DNA of 64,000 bases. It comes from the human T2T-CHM13v2.0 reference genome, Homo sapiens. The stretch lies in assembly GCF_009914755.1 (NCBI RefSeq), contig NC_060930.1; one strand, 5' to 3'. The stretch's first letter is position 1. Every line of letters starts with the position of its first letter. The translations under genes were made by a program, and so were the position numbers. Shown here piece after piece: positions 13,366-25,677 of the stretch. The notes below the pieces were generated by a model. It was not told the DNA's origin. It searched no databases and was given only the letters and a program-made list of their open reading frames with translations.

Positions 13366-16135
13366 TTTTTAATTTTTTTAATTTTTAATTTTTGTGGGTA
13401 CGTAATAGGTGTATACATTTATGGGGTACATGAAATATTCTGGTATAGGCATGCAAAGCATAATAGTCATAACATGTAGAATTGGGTATCCATCCCCTGA
13501 AGCACTTGTCCTTTCTGTTACAAACAATTAAATTGTATCTTGAGTTATTTTAAAATGTACAATTAAATTATTTTGACGACAATCACCCTGTTGTACTATG
13601 AAATACTAGGTCATATTTATTATTTCTATCTTTTTTGTACCTATTAACGTCTCAATCTCCTTCTCACTACCCTTCCCAGTCTCTGGTAACCATTCTTTCA
13701 TTCTTTCTCTCTATGAGTTTAACTGATTTGATTTTTAGATGCTACCAGTAAGTGAGAACGTGAGATGTTTGCTTTTCTCTGCCTGACTTATTTGACTTAA
13801 TGTAATGAATTCCAGTTCCATCCATGTTATTGCGAATGACAGGATTGGATTTAATTTTCTTTTATGGCTGAATAGTACTCCATTGTATATAAGTGTCACA
13901 TTTTCTTTATTCATTCATCTGTTGATGGACACTTAGGTTGCTTCCAAATCTTGACTATTGTGAACAGCGCTGGGACAAACATGGGAGTACAGATATATCT
14001 CTTCAATATGCTAGTTTCCTTTCTTTTGGGTAAAAACTCAGCAGAAGGATTCCTGGATCGTAAGGTACCTCTGTTTTTAATTGTTTTGAGAAAACTCCAA
14101 ACTGTTTTTCATAATGGCTGTACTAATTTACCTTCCCACCAACAGTGTATAAGGGTTCCCTTTTCTCCATATCCTCGCCAGCATTTGATATAGCCTGACT
14201 TTTCTTTTTTTGAGATAGGGTATCACTCTGTCACCCAGGCTGGAGTGCAGTGGTGTGATCTCAGCTCACTTCAGCCTTGACCCTGTGGGCTGAAGTGACC
14301 TCCCACCTCAGCCACCCGAGTAGGTGGGACTACAGGCATGTGCCACCATGCCTGGCTTGCCTGACTTTTAGATAAAAGTCATTTTAACTGGAGTGAGATG
14401 ATATCTCATTGTAGTTTTGATTTGCATATCTCTGATGATCAGTAATGTTGAGCACTTTTTCTTATGCCTGTTTGCCATTCATATGTCTATTTTTGAGAAA
14501 TGTCTATTTAAATCTTTTGCCAATTTTTAAATCAGATTATTAGATTTTTAAGTTTTATGAAGTCTAGAAATTTTAGAGTTGTTTGAGCTTCTTATGTATT
14601 CTAATTATTAATCCCTTGTCAGATGAGTAGTTAGCAAATATTTTCTCACAGCCTCTGTGTTATCTGTTTACTTTGTTGATTGTTTGCCGTGCAGAAGCTT
14701 TTTAATTTGATGTGATCCCATTTGTCTGTTTTCGCTTTGTTTGCCTATGCTTGTGGGGTATTACTCAAGGATTTTTTTTTGCCCAGACCAATATCTTGGA
14801 GAGTTTCCCCAATGTTTTCTTGTAGTAGTTTCATAGTAGTTTGAGGTGTTAGACTTCAGTGTTTAATCCATTTTGCTTTGATTTTTGTATATGGTGAGAG
14901 AAAGGGATCCAGTTTCATTCTTCTGCAAGTAGATATCCATGTGGATATTCAGTTTCCCCCATACCGTTTATTGAAGAGACTGTCTTTTCTCCAGTGTATA
15001 TTCTTGGCACCTGTGTCAAAAACGAGTTCACAGTAGGTGTGTGGACTTGTTTCTGGGTTCTTTATTCTGTTCCATTGGTCTATGTGTCTGTTTTTATGTG
15101 AGTACCATGCTGTTTTGGTTACTGTAGTCCTTTAGTATAATTTGAAGTCAGGTAATGTCATTCCTCCAGTTTTGTTCTTTTTGCTCAGGGTAGCTTTGGC
15201 TACTCAGGGTCTTTTGTGGTTTCATATAAATTTTAGAATTGCTTTTTCCATTTCTGTGAAGAATGTCATTTGTATTTTTATAAAAATTGCATCAAATCTG
15301 TGGATTGCTTTGGGTAGTATGGACATTTTAACAATATTGATTCTTCCAGTCCATGAACATAGAATATCTTTCCAATTTTTTGTGTCTTGTTCAATTTCTC
15401 TCATTATCATTTTATAGTTGTCTTTATGGAGATCTTTCACTTTAATGGTTAATTCTTAGTTATTTCATTTTATTTGTGGCTATTGTAAAGGGAGTACTTT
15501 CATTATTTCTTTTTCAGATTGTTCACAGTTTTTATATAGAAATGCTACTGATTTTCATATGTTGATTTTGTATCTTGCAACTTGACTGAATTTATCAGTT
15601 TGAATAGTTTTTTTGGTGTTGTCTTTAGTTTTCTCCAAATGTAAGATCATATTATCTGCAAAGAAACATAATTTGCATTCTTCATTTCCAATGTGGATGC
15701 CCCTTATTTTTTTTTCTTGTCTGATTGCTCTAGCTAAGACTTTCCTTACTATGCTGAACAACAGTAGTGAAAATGGGCATTCTTGTAATGTTCCAGATCT
15801 AAAAGGAAAGGCTTTGATTTTGTCCCTGTTCAATGTAATACTAGCTGTGGGCCTGTCATATACGGCTTTTTTAATGTTGAGTTATGTTTCTTCTAAACCA
15901 AGTTTTTTGAGGTTTTCTATTATGAAGAGATGTTAAAGTTTATCAAATGCTTTTTCGACATCAATCGAAATGATCATATGTTTTTTGTCCTTTATTCTAT
16001 TAATATGTAGTATCACCTTGATTAATTTGCATATGTTGAACCACTCTTGCAGCCCTGGGATAAATCCCACCTGGTCATGATGAATGATCTTTTTAATGTA
16101 TTGTTGAATGTGGTTTGCTAATATTTTGTTGAGGA
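13366..16135 (-). mobile_element. L1MA (L1MA1-3-like), 5'-truncated
   Basis: 3' end tttttgtgggtac..atttatggggtacatga..; minus-strand ORF2 peptides ([35 protein letters not shown]). Degenerate TSD gaaaatccaggcttt / gaaaacctagactat. Confidence 0.9.
14204..14357 (-). mobile_element. Alu monomer (FRAM or AluJ right arm) inserted in L1MA
   Basis: Single Alu arm with poly-T. TSD gcctgactttt at 14193-14203 and 14359-14369. Confidence 0.88.
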
Positions 16136-16768
16136 GAAAACCTAGACTATTTCAATGTGTTTATGCTTAGCTATCATGCCCAAATCAATTTAGTACATCG
16201 TTTAAAGATTCCAGATACTCTAAATCTGGCAACCAGGAAAGAAAACAGCCATAAAGCAATGTATATTTAGATACCAATATTTCCCTCACACTTTCTTTTC
16301 GCTTCCTTGTTTCATTTCTTTACTAATTTGTTGATTATTGGCTTATGACATATTGAGGCCTCAGTCTATAATAACCATTTTTATCTGATGTACAGCTCTA
16401 CACATTTTATTTAACTCTGTGATGGCAAACTCCTGGTACTTTTGTCATTCTCTTGCCTCTTAGGCTTATGGCAGATATCACTAAACAGTGACAATATTCT
16501 TTGCTACTAACCTGTGGGTTTGGCATACACAGTAGTGTATGCATTATCAACCTATAGAAGTGGCTTATAAGTTTAAGTCTGCTAGCTTTTTCTACTCTTT
16601 TAGCATTCTTAAACGCTGTTTAATTAGATGTAAAAGAAGGAAATGAGAAGTTAAATTTGGACTAAATGTGATAAAAGAAAATCTTTATTAACATAGGATA
16701 TCAGTGAGTCTGATGAAAAGGCTTTAAAATGCTCTAGGAAGTATTTCTGCCTGGGATGTTTGAATTAA

Positions 16769-17109
<341 letters not shown>

Positions 17110-17254
17110 TAGAAATAATAAATATACTGTTTAATGAAATAGCTTATTCTATGTTTGAAGTTTCTTAAGTTTAGAAAATTTTATGTCGAACTGAAATTTC
17201 TTTTTCTATAACTTATACCAATTTTTCTTGTATTCTTTCAATGGAAAACAATGT

Positions 17255-17860
17255 TTTTTATGTTTTATGTTTTTAAAATTAAGATGTCATTTATTTAAAA
17301 TAGAATAAAATATAGAGGTCCTAAGATTTCAGTTTGATGACTGTTGAAAATTGTGTACACCTATGTGACTACTACCCAACATAAGATATAGGACATTAGT
17401 TTCATTCCAGAAAGATCGCTATTCCTGTTTCAAGTTAATTTCCTGCTCTTCGTCCCATAAAGGCAATCAGTTTCTTACTTCTGTCACCATTGATTAGTTT
17501 TAGTGATAAAAATGGACTTATACAGTACGTATTATGTCATATGTATAAATAGATGTATTATGACAGTAAGGTTGTTATGAACATTTCTGTAAAAACTTTA
17601 ATGAACATATGTTTTCATTGCTTTTGGGTAAGTATATAGGAATAAAATTGCTAGGGCAGAAGTTATGTTTAACTTCTTTAGAAACAGCCAAACAGTTTTC
17701 CAGATTGATAGTACCCTTTTGCATTCTCACTAGCAATGAATGAGTTCCAGTTGCAACATGTCTTGCTAGTCATTTAAGTATAGCCATTCTAGTAGTTTTG
17801 AATCTGTATTTCATTCTGGTTTCAATTTGTGTTTTCCTGATGACTATACATTTTAGCAGA
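17255..17860 (-). mobile_element. Old L1 (L1MC/ME-type) 3' fragment
   Basis: Diverged L1 motifs: atgaacatttctgta..atgttttcatt..ttgggtaa..ccaaacagttttcca..gcattctcactagcaatg..tagccattctagtag. Confidence 0.65.
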
Positions 17861-18439
17861 TTGATGGAGTTATTAACCCTTTAAAATAAATGTAAACTTC
17901 CCAACCCATTTTTATCTAAGCTAGTACTAATTTAAATCTCCCCTTACGTGTGCTATTGTTTGAAATAAAATGTATGACATTAAATTTACTTTAATAACAT
18001 TAGATATTATGTATGATTTTCACCTATTAAGATAATTTTAATTTTGTCATTGTATTAGTTACAAATATGTATTATAGATCTGTGGCTAATTTAACCAAAA
18101 ATACCTGAAATACCTGGCTTTATGTCTGTACCACTACTTCATATTGAGGGACAAAGCTATGAGTAGAATCCTGCACTTCCTCATTAGAAGAAGCATTTTT
18201 AATTAATATTGACTCTTGAGATGATTGTTCAACCTGCTTTTAAAACTTCTGAATTTTTTCATCAACCCATATTACTATATCTCATTGATTAAATGCTCAT
18301 GAGGGATTTGACCAATGACTTAGCAGTGTCAAAATCTGCTAAACTATGAGAATATGCTGTTCTAATATCCTAAAAATGCTGTAAAGGTGGAGATTATTTC
18401 AGATAATAGCTCCTAATTATTGCAAAACCATGATATAAC

Positions 18440-18770
18440 AAAGAGATCACTAGACTTGTAATCGTAAATATTTCATTTTCTAGCTGGATTACCAGGAAAA
18501 GTCACTATATTTATCTGAATTCTATATTTCACATCTGTTAAATGGAGATAGTAGTATCTATTTTGTCTACCTCATAGGGTTGTTGTGATTATCACACTAG
18601 ATATTGTGATTATCACACTAGATATTGTGTGTAAAGTGTTTTGTAACTGTAAAAAAATACATATGTAAGATATTAAAAGCTTGTATGTTGATGTCGCCAG
18701 TTTATAGCATAGTGTTTGCACATAGTAGGTGCTCTAACAAAAGTAGCTTTTGTTAAATGATGGCTGGATG
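18440..18770 (+). mobile_element. MIR followed by an L2 3' relic
   Basis: catctgttaaatggagatagtagtatcta..ctcatagggttgttgtga..gtaaagtg; gcacatagtaggtgctc. Confidence 0.65.
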
Positions 18771-19239
18771 AACAATATCTCAAAGCAATTTTGTTAATAA
18801 ACAATTATAGAAATTGTTAAATATTATATCAATATTAATACAAAAATTCCTGCTCCACTTTAGTAAAAGTCACATTTGTTCATTTATAGTCTTTTGGAAT
18901 CCCTCATATTCTTTGTGACTACTTGTGATAAATGTCAACAAGTTTGACATCACTCAAGCAGGTACTTGAAGGGGCCCTAGCAGCAAGTCATTTATGGCAG
19001 AATTCCATTTTTATAAATATCATGGGCTTGCCTTCCTACTCCTTATTATTGAACTCACCTTTAATTTGAAGACTATTTTTAAAATAAGAAATATTTAAGC
19101 AAAAATTTCTATTTTTCTTGATCTTGAGTACCTGCTCATTGCTATTTGTTACCTTTCCCAATATCATTAGGTGGTAGTTTAATTTCTTTGTTTGTTACTG
19201 TTCTGAGCATTTTTAAAGTGCTTGACTGATTTATTTTAA

Positions 19240-19438
19240 TCCTGCTATTATATGTTTTCCCCAAGTCTCAGGCCTTATCTTATTTCCTCTCGCAGTAGCA
19301 TTTGACACAGTGGACCATGCCCTTTTCCTTGAAACTCTTCATCATCACTGTGTGGGCTCCCCATTGCCTGATTCTTCTCCCACTTCACTGTCTGTTCCCT
19401 CTAAGTGTCCTTAACTGCTTCTTTTTCATCTCCCTCCA
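19240..19438 (+). mobile_element. L2 fragment
   Basis: gcatttgacacagtggaccatgcccttttccttgaaactct is an L2 ORF2 motif. Confidence 0.55.
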
Positions 19439-21833
19439 TGAGACTATCAGAAAATTTATTACCAGAAATCTTGCAGAACAGGAGTGAGTGGGATGATATA
19501 TTAAAAGCAGTAAAAGAAAAAAAATCTATCACATGATGATAAAATGGTCAGTTCAACAGCAAGTTATAACAATTACAAATATACACATACCCAACATCAG
19601 AGCACCTAAATATATAAAGCAAATACTAAAAGTTACAAAGGGAGACTGACAAAAATACAATAATAGTAGGATACTTCAGTGCTGTACTTTTAATAATAGA
19701 TAGAACATCCAGATACAAAATCAATATAGAAACAGCTAACTTGAACAATACTATGTACCAAGTGGACCTAACAGACATATACAGATCTTTCCATCCACCA
19801 GTAGAAGAATATATATGTTTTTCAAGTGCACGTGGAATGTTCTCTAGGATAGATCACATTACATCACAAAACAGGTCTGATCAATTTAAAAAGATTAAAA
19901 TCACACCAGTTATACTTTTCAGCCACAATAGAATAAAACTAAAAACAATAACAGTAAAAAAAATGAGAAAATTCACAAATACATGGAAACTAAACAACAC
20001 ACTCTTGAACAAACATTGGGCAAAAGAGAAAATATAGTGGGAATGTAAAAAGTATCTCAAGATAAATGAGAATACAACCTACGAAAACTTATGGATGCAC
20101 AAAGGCAGTACTAAGAAAAAAGTTTATAATGGCAAACACCTAATTTTAAAAAGTAGAAAATTTAAAATTTAAATTTAAAAATATTTTAAATTAAAAAATT
20201 TATCAGAAAAAATAATAAGATGACAGTAGAAATATGTAAAATTCAGAATAGAAAAAATTTGAAAAACTAAGAGTTTTTTTTGAAAAGATAAACATTGATA
20301 AACCCCTAGCTATGCTAATATAAAAGAAGATTCAAATAGAATTAAAAAAGAAGAAATTATGAGATGACTTATAAATAAAAGAATTATAAGATGCTGTTAT
20401 GAAAAATTATACTCAAATAAATTAAATAACCTTGAAGAAATGGATAAATCTTTAAAAACATACAACCTACCAAAACTGAATCGAGAATAAATGGGAAACC
20501 TAAACAGATCAATAATAAATAAGGCGATTGAATCAGTAGTCAGAAACCTTCCAAGAAATAAAAGCCCAGGATCAGATAGCTTCACTGGTGAATTCCACCA
20601 AATATTCAAAGAATAATTAATGCTCATTCATTTCAAACTCTTCCAAAAAAGTGGAAGGGGGGAATACTTCCAAACATATTTTTATGAGGCTGGCGTTATT
20701 CTGATACAAAAGCCAGAAAAAGAGAACACAAGCAAAGAAAACATAGGCCAGTATTCCTGGACATAAAAGCAAAAATTCTCCACAAAATACTAGCAAACTG
20801 AATCCAATAACACATTAGAAAGATAATGCACTTCACATATGTTGAATGATTCTTGTATCCAGGGATAAATTTCACATGAATCAAGTGAGATTTAGCCCTG
20901 GGATTCAAGAATGGTTCAACATATGCAAATTAATTGATGTAATACATCATGTTAATATAGCAAAAAAAGCACATAATTTCAATTAATGCAGAGAAAGCAT
21001 TTGACAAAATTCATCATTTGTTAATGACACAGACTCTTAACAAAATATGTATAAAAGAAACCTACATGAAACTAATAAAGGCCATATAAGAAAAGCAGAG
21101 AGCTATATAGCATCATAATCAATGGAGTGAAACTGAAAGCTTTTTTTTTAAGATTAGAAACAAAGCAAAGATGTCCACTCTTACCACTTCATTCAACATA
21201 GTACTGGAAGTTATAGCCAGAATAATTGGACAAGAGAAAGAAATAAAAGTCACTGAATAAAAAAGAAAGTAAAACATTATATGCTTGCGGATGACGTGAG
21301 TGTATATGTAGAAAACCATAAAGACTCAAGAAGAAACTATGAGAACTAAATAAATGAAGTCACTAAAGTTGTGGGATACAAAACCAACATAGAAAAATCA
21401 GTAGTGATTTTATACATAAACCATGAGCTACCCAAAAAGGAAATAAATAAAATAATTCCATTTATAATAGTAACAAAAAGAATAAAATAAGATACAAATT
21501 AAACTAAAGAAGTTAGAAAAGTGTACAATGATAATTGTAAAACACTGATGAGGGAAATTAATGAATGCACAGATAAATGAAAAGACATCCAGTGTTCATG
21601 GATTGGCAAAACTAATACTGTCAAAATGTCCATCCTATACAAAGTGATCTTCAGATTTAATGCAATCCCTTATCAAAATCCCAGTGGCATTCTTTACAGA
21701 AACAGGAAAACAAATTCTAAATTTTTATAGAACCATGATAGACCTCTAATAGCCAACTCAGTCCTGAGAAAGAAAAAGCTGAAGGCATCATACTTCCTGA
21801 TTTCAAAATGTGTAACCAAAACTACACTAATAG

Positions 21834-22533
21834 TGTATATGTGCCACATTTTCTTAATCCAGTCTATCGTTGTTGGACATTTAGGTTGGTTCCAAGTCTT
21901 TGCTATTGTGAATAGTGCTCCTATAAACATATGTGTGCATGTGTCCTTATAGCAGCATGATTTATAATCCTTTGGGTATATACCCAGTAATGGGATGGCT
22001 GGGTCAAATGGTATTTCTAGTTCTAGATCCCTGAAGGAATCGCCACACTGACTTCCACAATGGTTGAACTAGTTTACGGTCCCACCAACAGTGTAAAAGT
22101 GTTCCTATTTCTCCACATCCTCTCCAGCACCTGTTGTTTCCTGACTTTTTAAATGTGACACATATACACCATGGAATACTATGCAGCCATAAAAAATGGT
22201 GAGTTCATGTCCTTTGTAGGGACATGGATGAAACTGGAAACCATCATTCTCAGCAAACTATCGCAAGGACAAAAAACCAAACACCACATGTTCTTGCTCA
22301 TAGGTGGGAATTGAACAATGAGAACACATGGACACAGGAAGGGGAACATCACACACCAGGGACTGTTGTGGGGTGGGGGGAGTGGGGAGGGATAGCATTA
22401 GGAGATATACCTAATGCTAAATGATGAGTTAATGGGTGCAGCACACCAACATGGCACATATATACATATGTAACAAACCTGTACGTTGTGCACATGTACC
22501 CTAAAATTTAAAGTATAATAATAATAAAATAAA
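21834..22533 (+). mobile_element. L1PA4-like insertion with 5' inversion (twin-primed); inverted part 21834-~22152
   Basis: 16-bp TSD AAAACTACACTAATAG at 21818-21833 and 22534-22549. 3'UTR GCTAAATGATGAG..CACCAACATGGC. The 5' segment is in reverse orientation. Confidence 0.93.
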
Positions 22534-23519
22534 AAAACTACACTAATAGAAATAGGATGGTACTGGCATAAAAACAGACATATAGATGAATGAAATAGAA
22601 ATAGAAGTAAATGCACACATCTGTAGCCACCTGATCTTTGATAATGCTGCTGAGAACACACAATGAAGGGAAAGGATAGTCTTCAATAAATGGTATTAGG
22701 AAAACTAGATATCCACATGCAGGGAAATAAAATTGTACTACTATCTCATAGTATCTACAAAAACCAACTCAAAATGAATAAAAGACTTAAACATACGACA
22801 AAAAACTTAAAAACTGCTAGAAAAATACACAGGGAAAAAGGTTCTTGACATTGATGTTGGACAGTTATATTTTGGATGACACCAGAATCACAGACAGAAG
22901 GAATGAAATAGACAAATTGGATTGTGTCAAACTGAACTTCTGCACAAAGCAAATAATCTACAGAGTAAAAGACAACCTATGGAATGAAGAAAGCATTTGC
23001 AAACCATATACTTTATAAGGGGTTAATATTCAAAATACATAAGAAACTCAGTGACAAAAAAGCAACACTTTTTAAAAATGAGCAGAGGGTGTGAACATTT
23101 CTTAAAAGAAGACATACAAATGTTCAACAAGTGTTGGAAAAGGTGCCCAACATCACCAATCATCAGGAAAATGCAAGTCAAAGCCACACTGAAATATCAC
23201 TTCAAACTTGTTAGAATGATTATTATCAAAATGATGAAAAATAGCAAGTGTTGGCAAGGATGTGAAGAGGGGACCCTTGTGCACTGTTGGTATGAATGTA
23301 AATTAGTTCAACTATTATGAAAAACACTATGGAAGTTGCTCAAAAATTTAAAAATAGAACTACCTTATGATCCAGCTACCTTAGCTCTAAGTATAGTTTC
23401 AAAAAATATAAAATTATTATCTGGAATAGCTTGTTCCATCCTCATGTTCATTAAAGCATTATTCACATTGGCCAAGATATGGAAAGAACCTAAATGTCCT
23501 TCAATCAATGAATGGACTA

Positions 23520-23840
23520 CATATAATATGTACTACTATATATACACACATATGTATGTGTATATATGTTTATGTACTATATATACACATACATATGTGT
23601 GTATATATACACACTATATATGTAGTTAGAATATATATACATGCTATATGTATGTAACTATATATATACACACTTCATATACATGTAGTTAGAATATATA
23701 TGCACACACATTTAAACTACATATATAAATGTAGTATATAGGTATATATGTGTATTACACATATATGTACGTATATATATATAAATGCAGTGTATATGTA
23801 TATATGTAGTGTATATGTGTATATATAGTAGTATCTATAA
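23520..23840. repeat. TA/TG/CA-rich low-complexity tract
   Basis: Alternating purine-pyrimidine sequence between two inverted L1 arms. Confidence 0.9.
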
Positions 23841-23996
23841 AATGTTGTCCATTCATCTATTGATGGACATTTAGGTTGTTTCTATATCTTGCCTACTGTG
23901 ACTAATGCTTTAATGAACATGAGAGTGGAACTAGCTATTCCAGATAATAATTTTGTATGTTTTGGATCTATACCTAGAGCTAAGATTGCTCTAACA

Positions 23997-23997
<1 letters not shown>

Positions 23998-24031
<34 letters not shown>
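23998..24031. repeat. (TG)n microsatellite
   Basis: Directly visible. Confidence 0.97.
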
Positions 24032-24034
<3 letters not shown>

Positions 24035-24435
24035 TCTAACTGCATACGCACACAATCCATGCAATAGGTTAAGATTCCACCGTAAAAAAGGAAACTTCGT
24101 CATTTGTGACAAGGTGGATGAATCTGAAGGACTTTATGTTAAGTGAAATAAGCCAGACATAGAAAGACAAATACTGTATCATATCACTTAGATTTGGAAT
24201 CTAAAATAGTCAAACTCATAGAAACAGAGAGTAGAATGGTGGTTGCTAGAGATTAGGAGGGGGAAAAAATTAGAAATGTGGGCCAAAGGGTATAGACTTT
24301 CAGATATGCAGTATGAATAAGTTCAGGAGAGCTAATGTGAATATTGAAATTTCCTAGGATGGTATCATGTTTTCACCACAGACATAGAAGAGAAAATGGT
24401 AACTCTGTGAGAAGATGGACATGTTAACTAGCTTG

Positions 24436-25295
24436 TGTAAACCAAAAATAAAATTCTAAGCCTCTTAACCAACTGATGGACCCTCCCTCTTGGCCAAAGG
24501 GACCCCAAAGAAATCTGTTCAGGCCATGATGGGAAGGGGGCATCTGACATGCCTTGGTATATCCTCTTCCCTTTGGAATTTAGGCACAACTGACCAGCTT
24601 TAACATTAAATAGAGATCTTAAAACTGACAAAACACTTTTTGTAGCAATAAAATACCAAATTCCAACCTTATGCTGGTGAAGCATCACATGACAGATAGG
24701 CCCTGCAGAGGATCAAAGTATTTTACCCCTAAATGTATTTCTTTGACATATTTTGAAATGGCCCTGCAAAGCTATCTCTTGTCAGGGAAATTTGCATTCT
24801 GTAGACAATCTCCTTCTCTTAAAAAGTCTTTTCTGGAGAGACTGACATCTGTTAAGGTCCAATAAGAGACATTTACCGTCTATTCTTTCTGAAGCCTGTT
24901 GGTGGCTTCATCTACAAAAAAAAAAAAACATTGACTTCCTTTCCTTATTTAACTGAATTATTTCTTTATGCTGAGTTTAACCCTTTAGGCAAAGCTTAAT
25001 TCTTTCAACCAATTGTCAATCAGGAAATTTCTGACTCCACCTATGACCTGAAAGTATTTAGTTTGAGATGTCTGCCCTTCCGGGGCTAATTAATGTTACA
25101 TACCTTACATGTATTGATTTATGCCTTTGCCTGTAACTTCTGTCTCCCTAAAAGGTATAAAACCAAGCTTTAACCCAACCACCTTGGGCGCATGTTCTCA
25201 GGACCTCCTGAGGTGGTCACAAACCATAGTTCTCATATTTGGCTCAGAATAAACCTCTGCAAATATTTTACAGACTTTGGGTTTTTTGGTCAATG
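24436..25295 (+). mobile_element. ERV1 solo LTR, MER4 family (MER4D/E-like), inserted in the L1 3'UTR
   Basis: Starts TGTAAACCAAAAATAAAATTCTAAG, contains a TATAAAA box and ggctcagaataaacctc..aaatattttacaga. Flanked by CTTG direct repeats (24432-35, 25296-99). The L1 sequence resumes seamlessly afterwards. Confidence 0.88.
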
Positions 25296-25677
25296 CTTGA
25301 TTGTGATTATTATTTCACAGAATATATGTATGTGAAAACATCAAGTTGTATACCTTAAATATATATAATTTTTAAAATTTGCCAATTATGCCTCAATAAA
25401 TGTGAGGAACAAAAGAGGTTACAGTATGATGAATTTAATAAACTCCTTTTATAATATATTTAAATAGCAACTTTTGGTGTGTAAAATGTTGCTATTTTTA
25501 CTGAATATGCATGAGAATTTTTCGATTAAAATATTTATATATGTAATTTGAACACAAAAATAGAATTTTAACTTTCTTTAGTTTTGATATAAATGCTTTA
25601 AAATAGAAACTGCAACTTTAAATTTTAATTCTGATTTTTTCCAGAATTTGACTTGAAGTATTTTAAAGAGGAAAATC

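Larger units (their letters stand above)
19439..25410 (+). mobile_element. Old L1 (L1MA8/9-like): ORF1 scrap, degraded ORF2 and 3'UTR, hosting nested insertions
   Basis: ORF2 peptides (DLTDIYRSFHP..FSRIDH..NTWKLNNTLLN; IELPYDPA). 3'UTR aaactcatagaaacagagagtagaatggtggttgc..gttgtataccttaaatatata..cctcaataaa. Confidence 0.88.

Noticed and set aside
20150-20205. AT-only quasi-palindrome in L1
   Set aside because: Low-complexity A/T sequence where palindromes are expected by chance.
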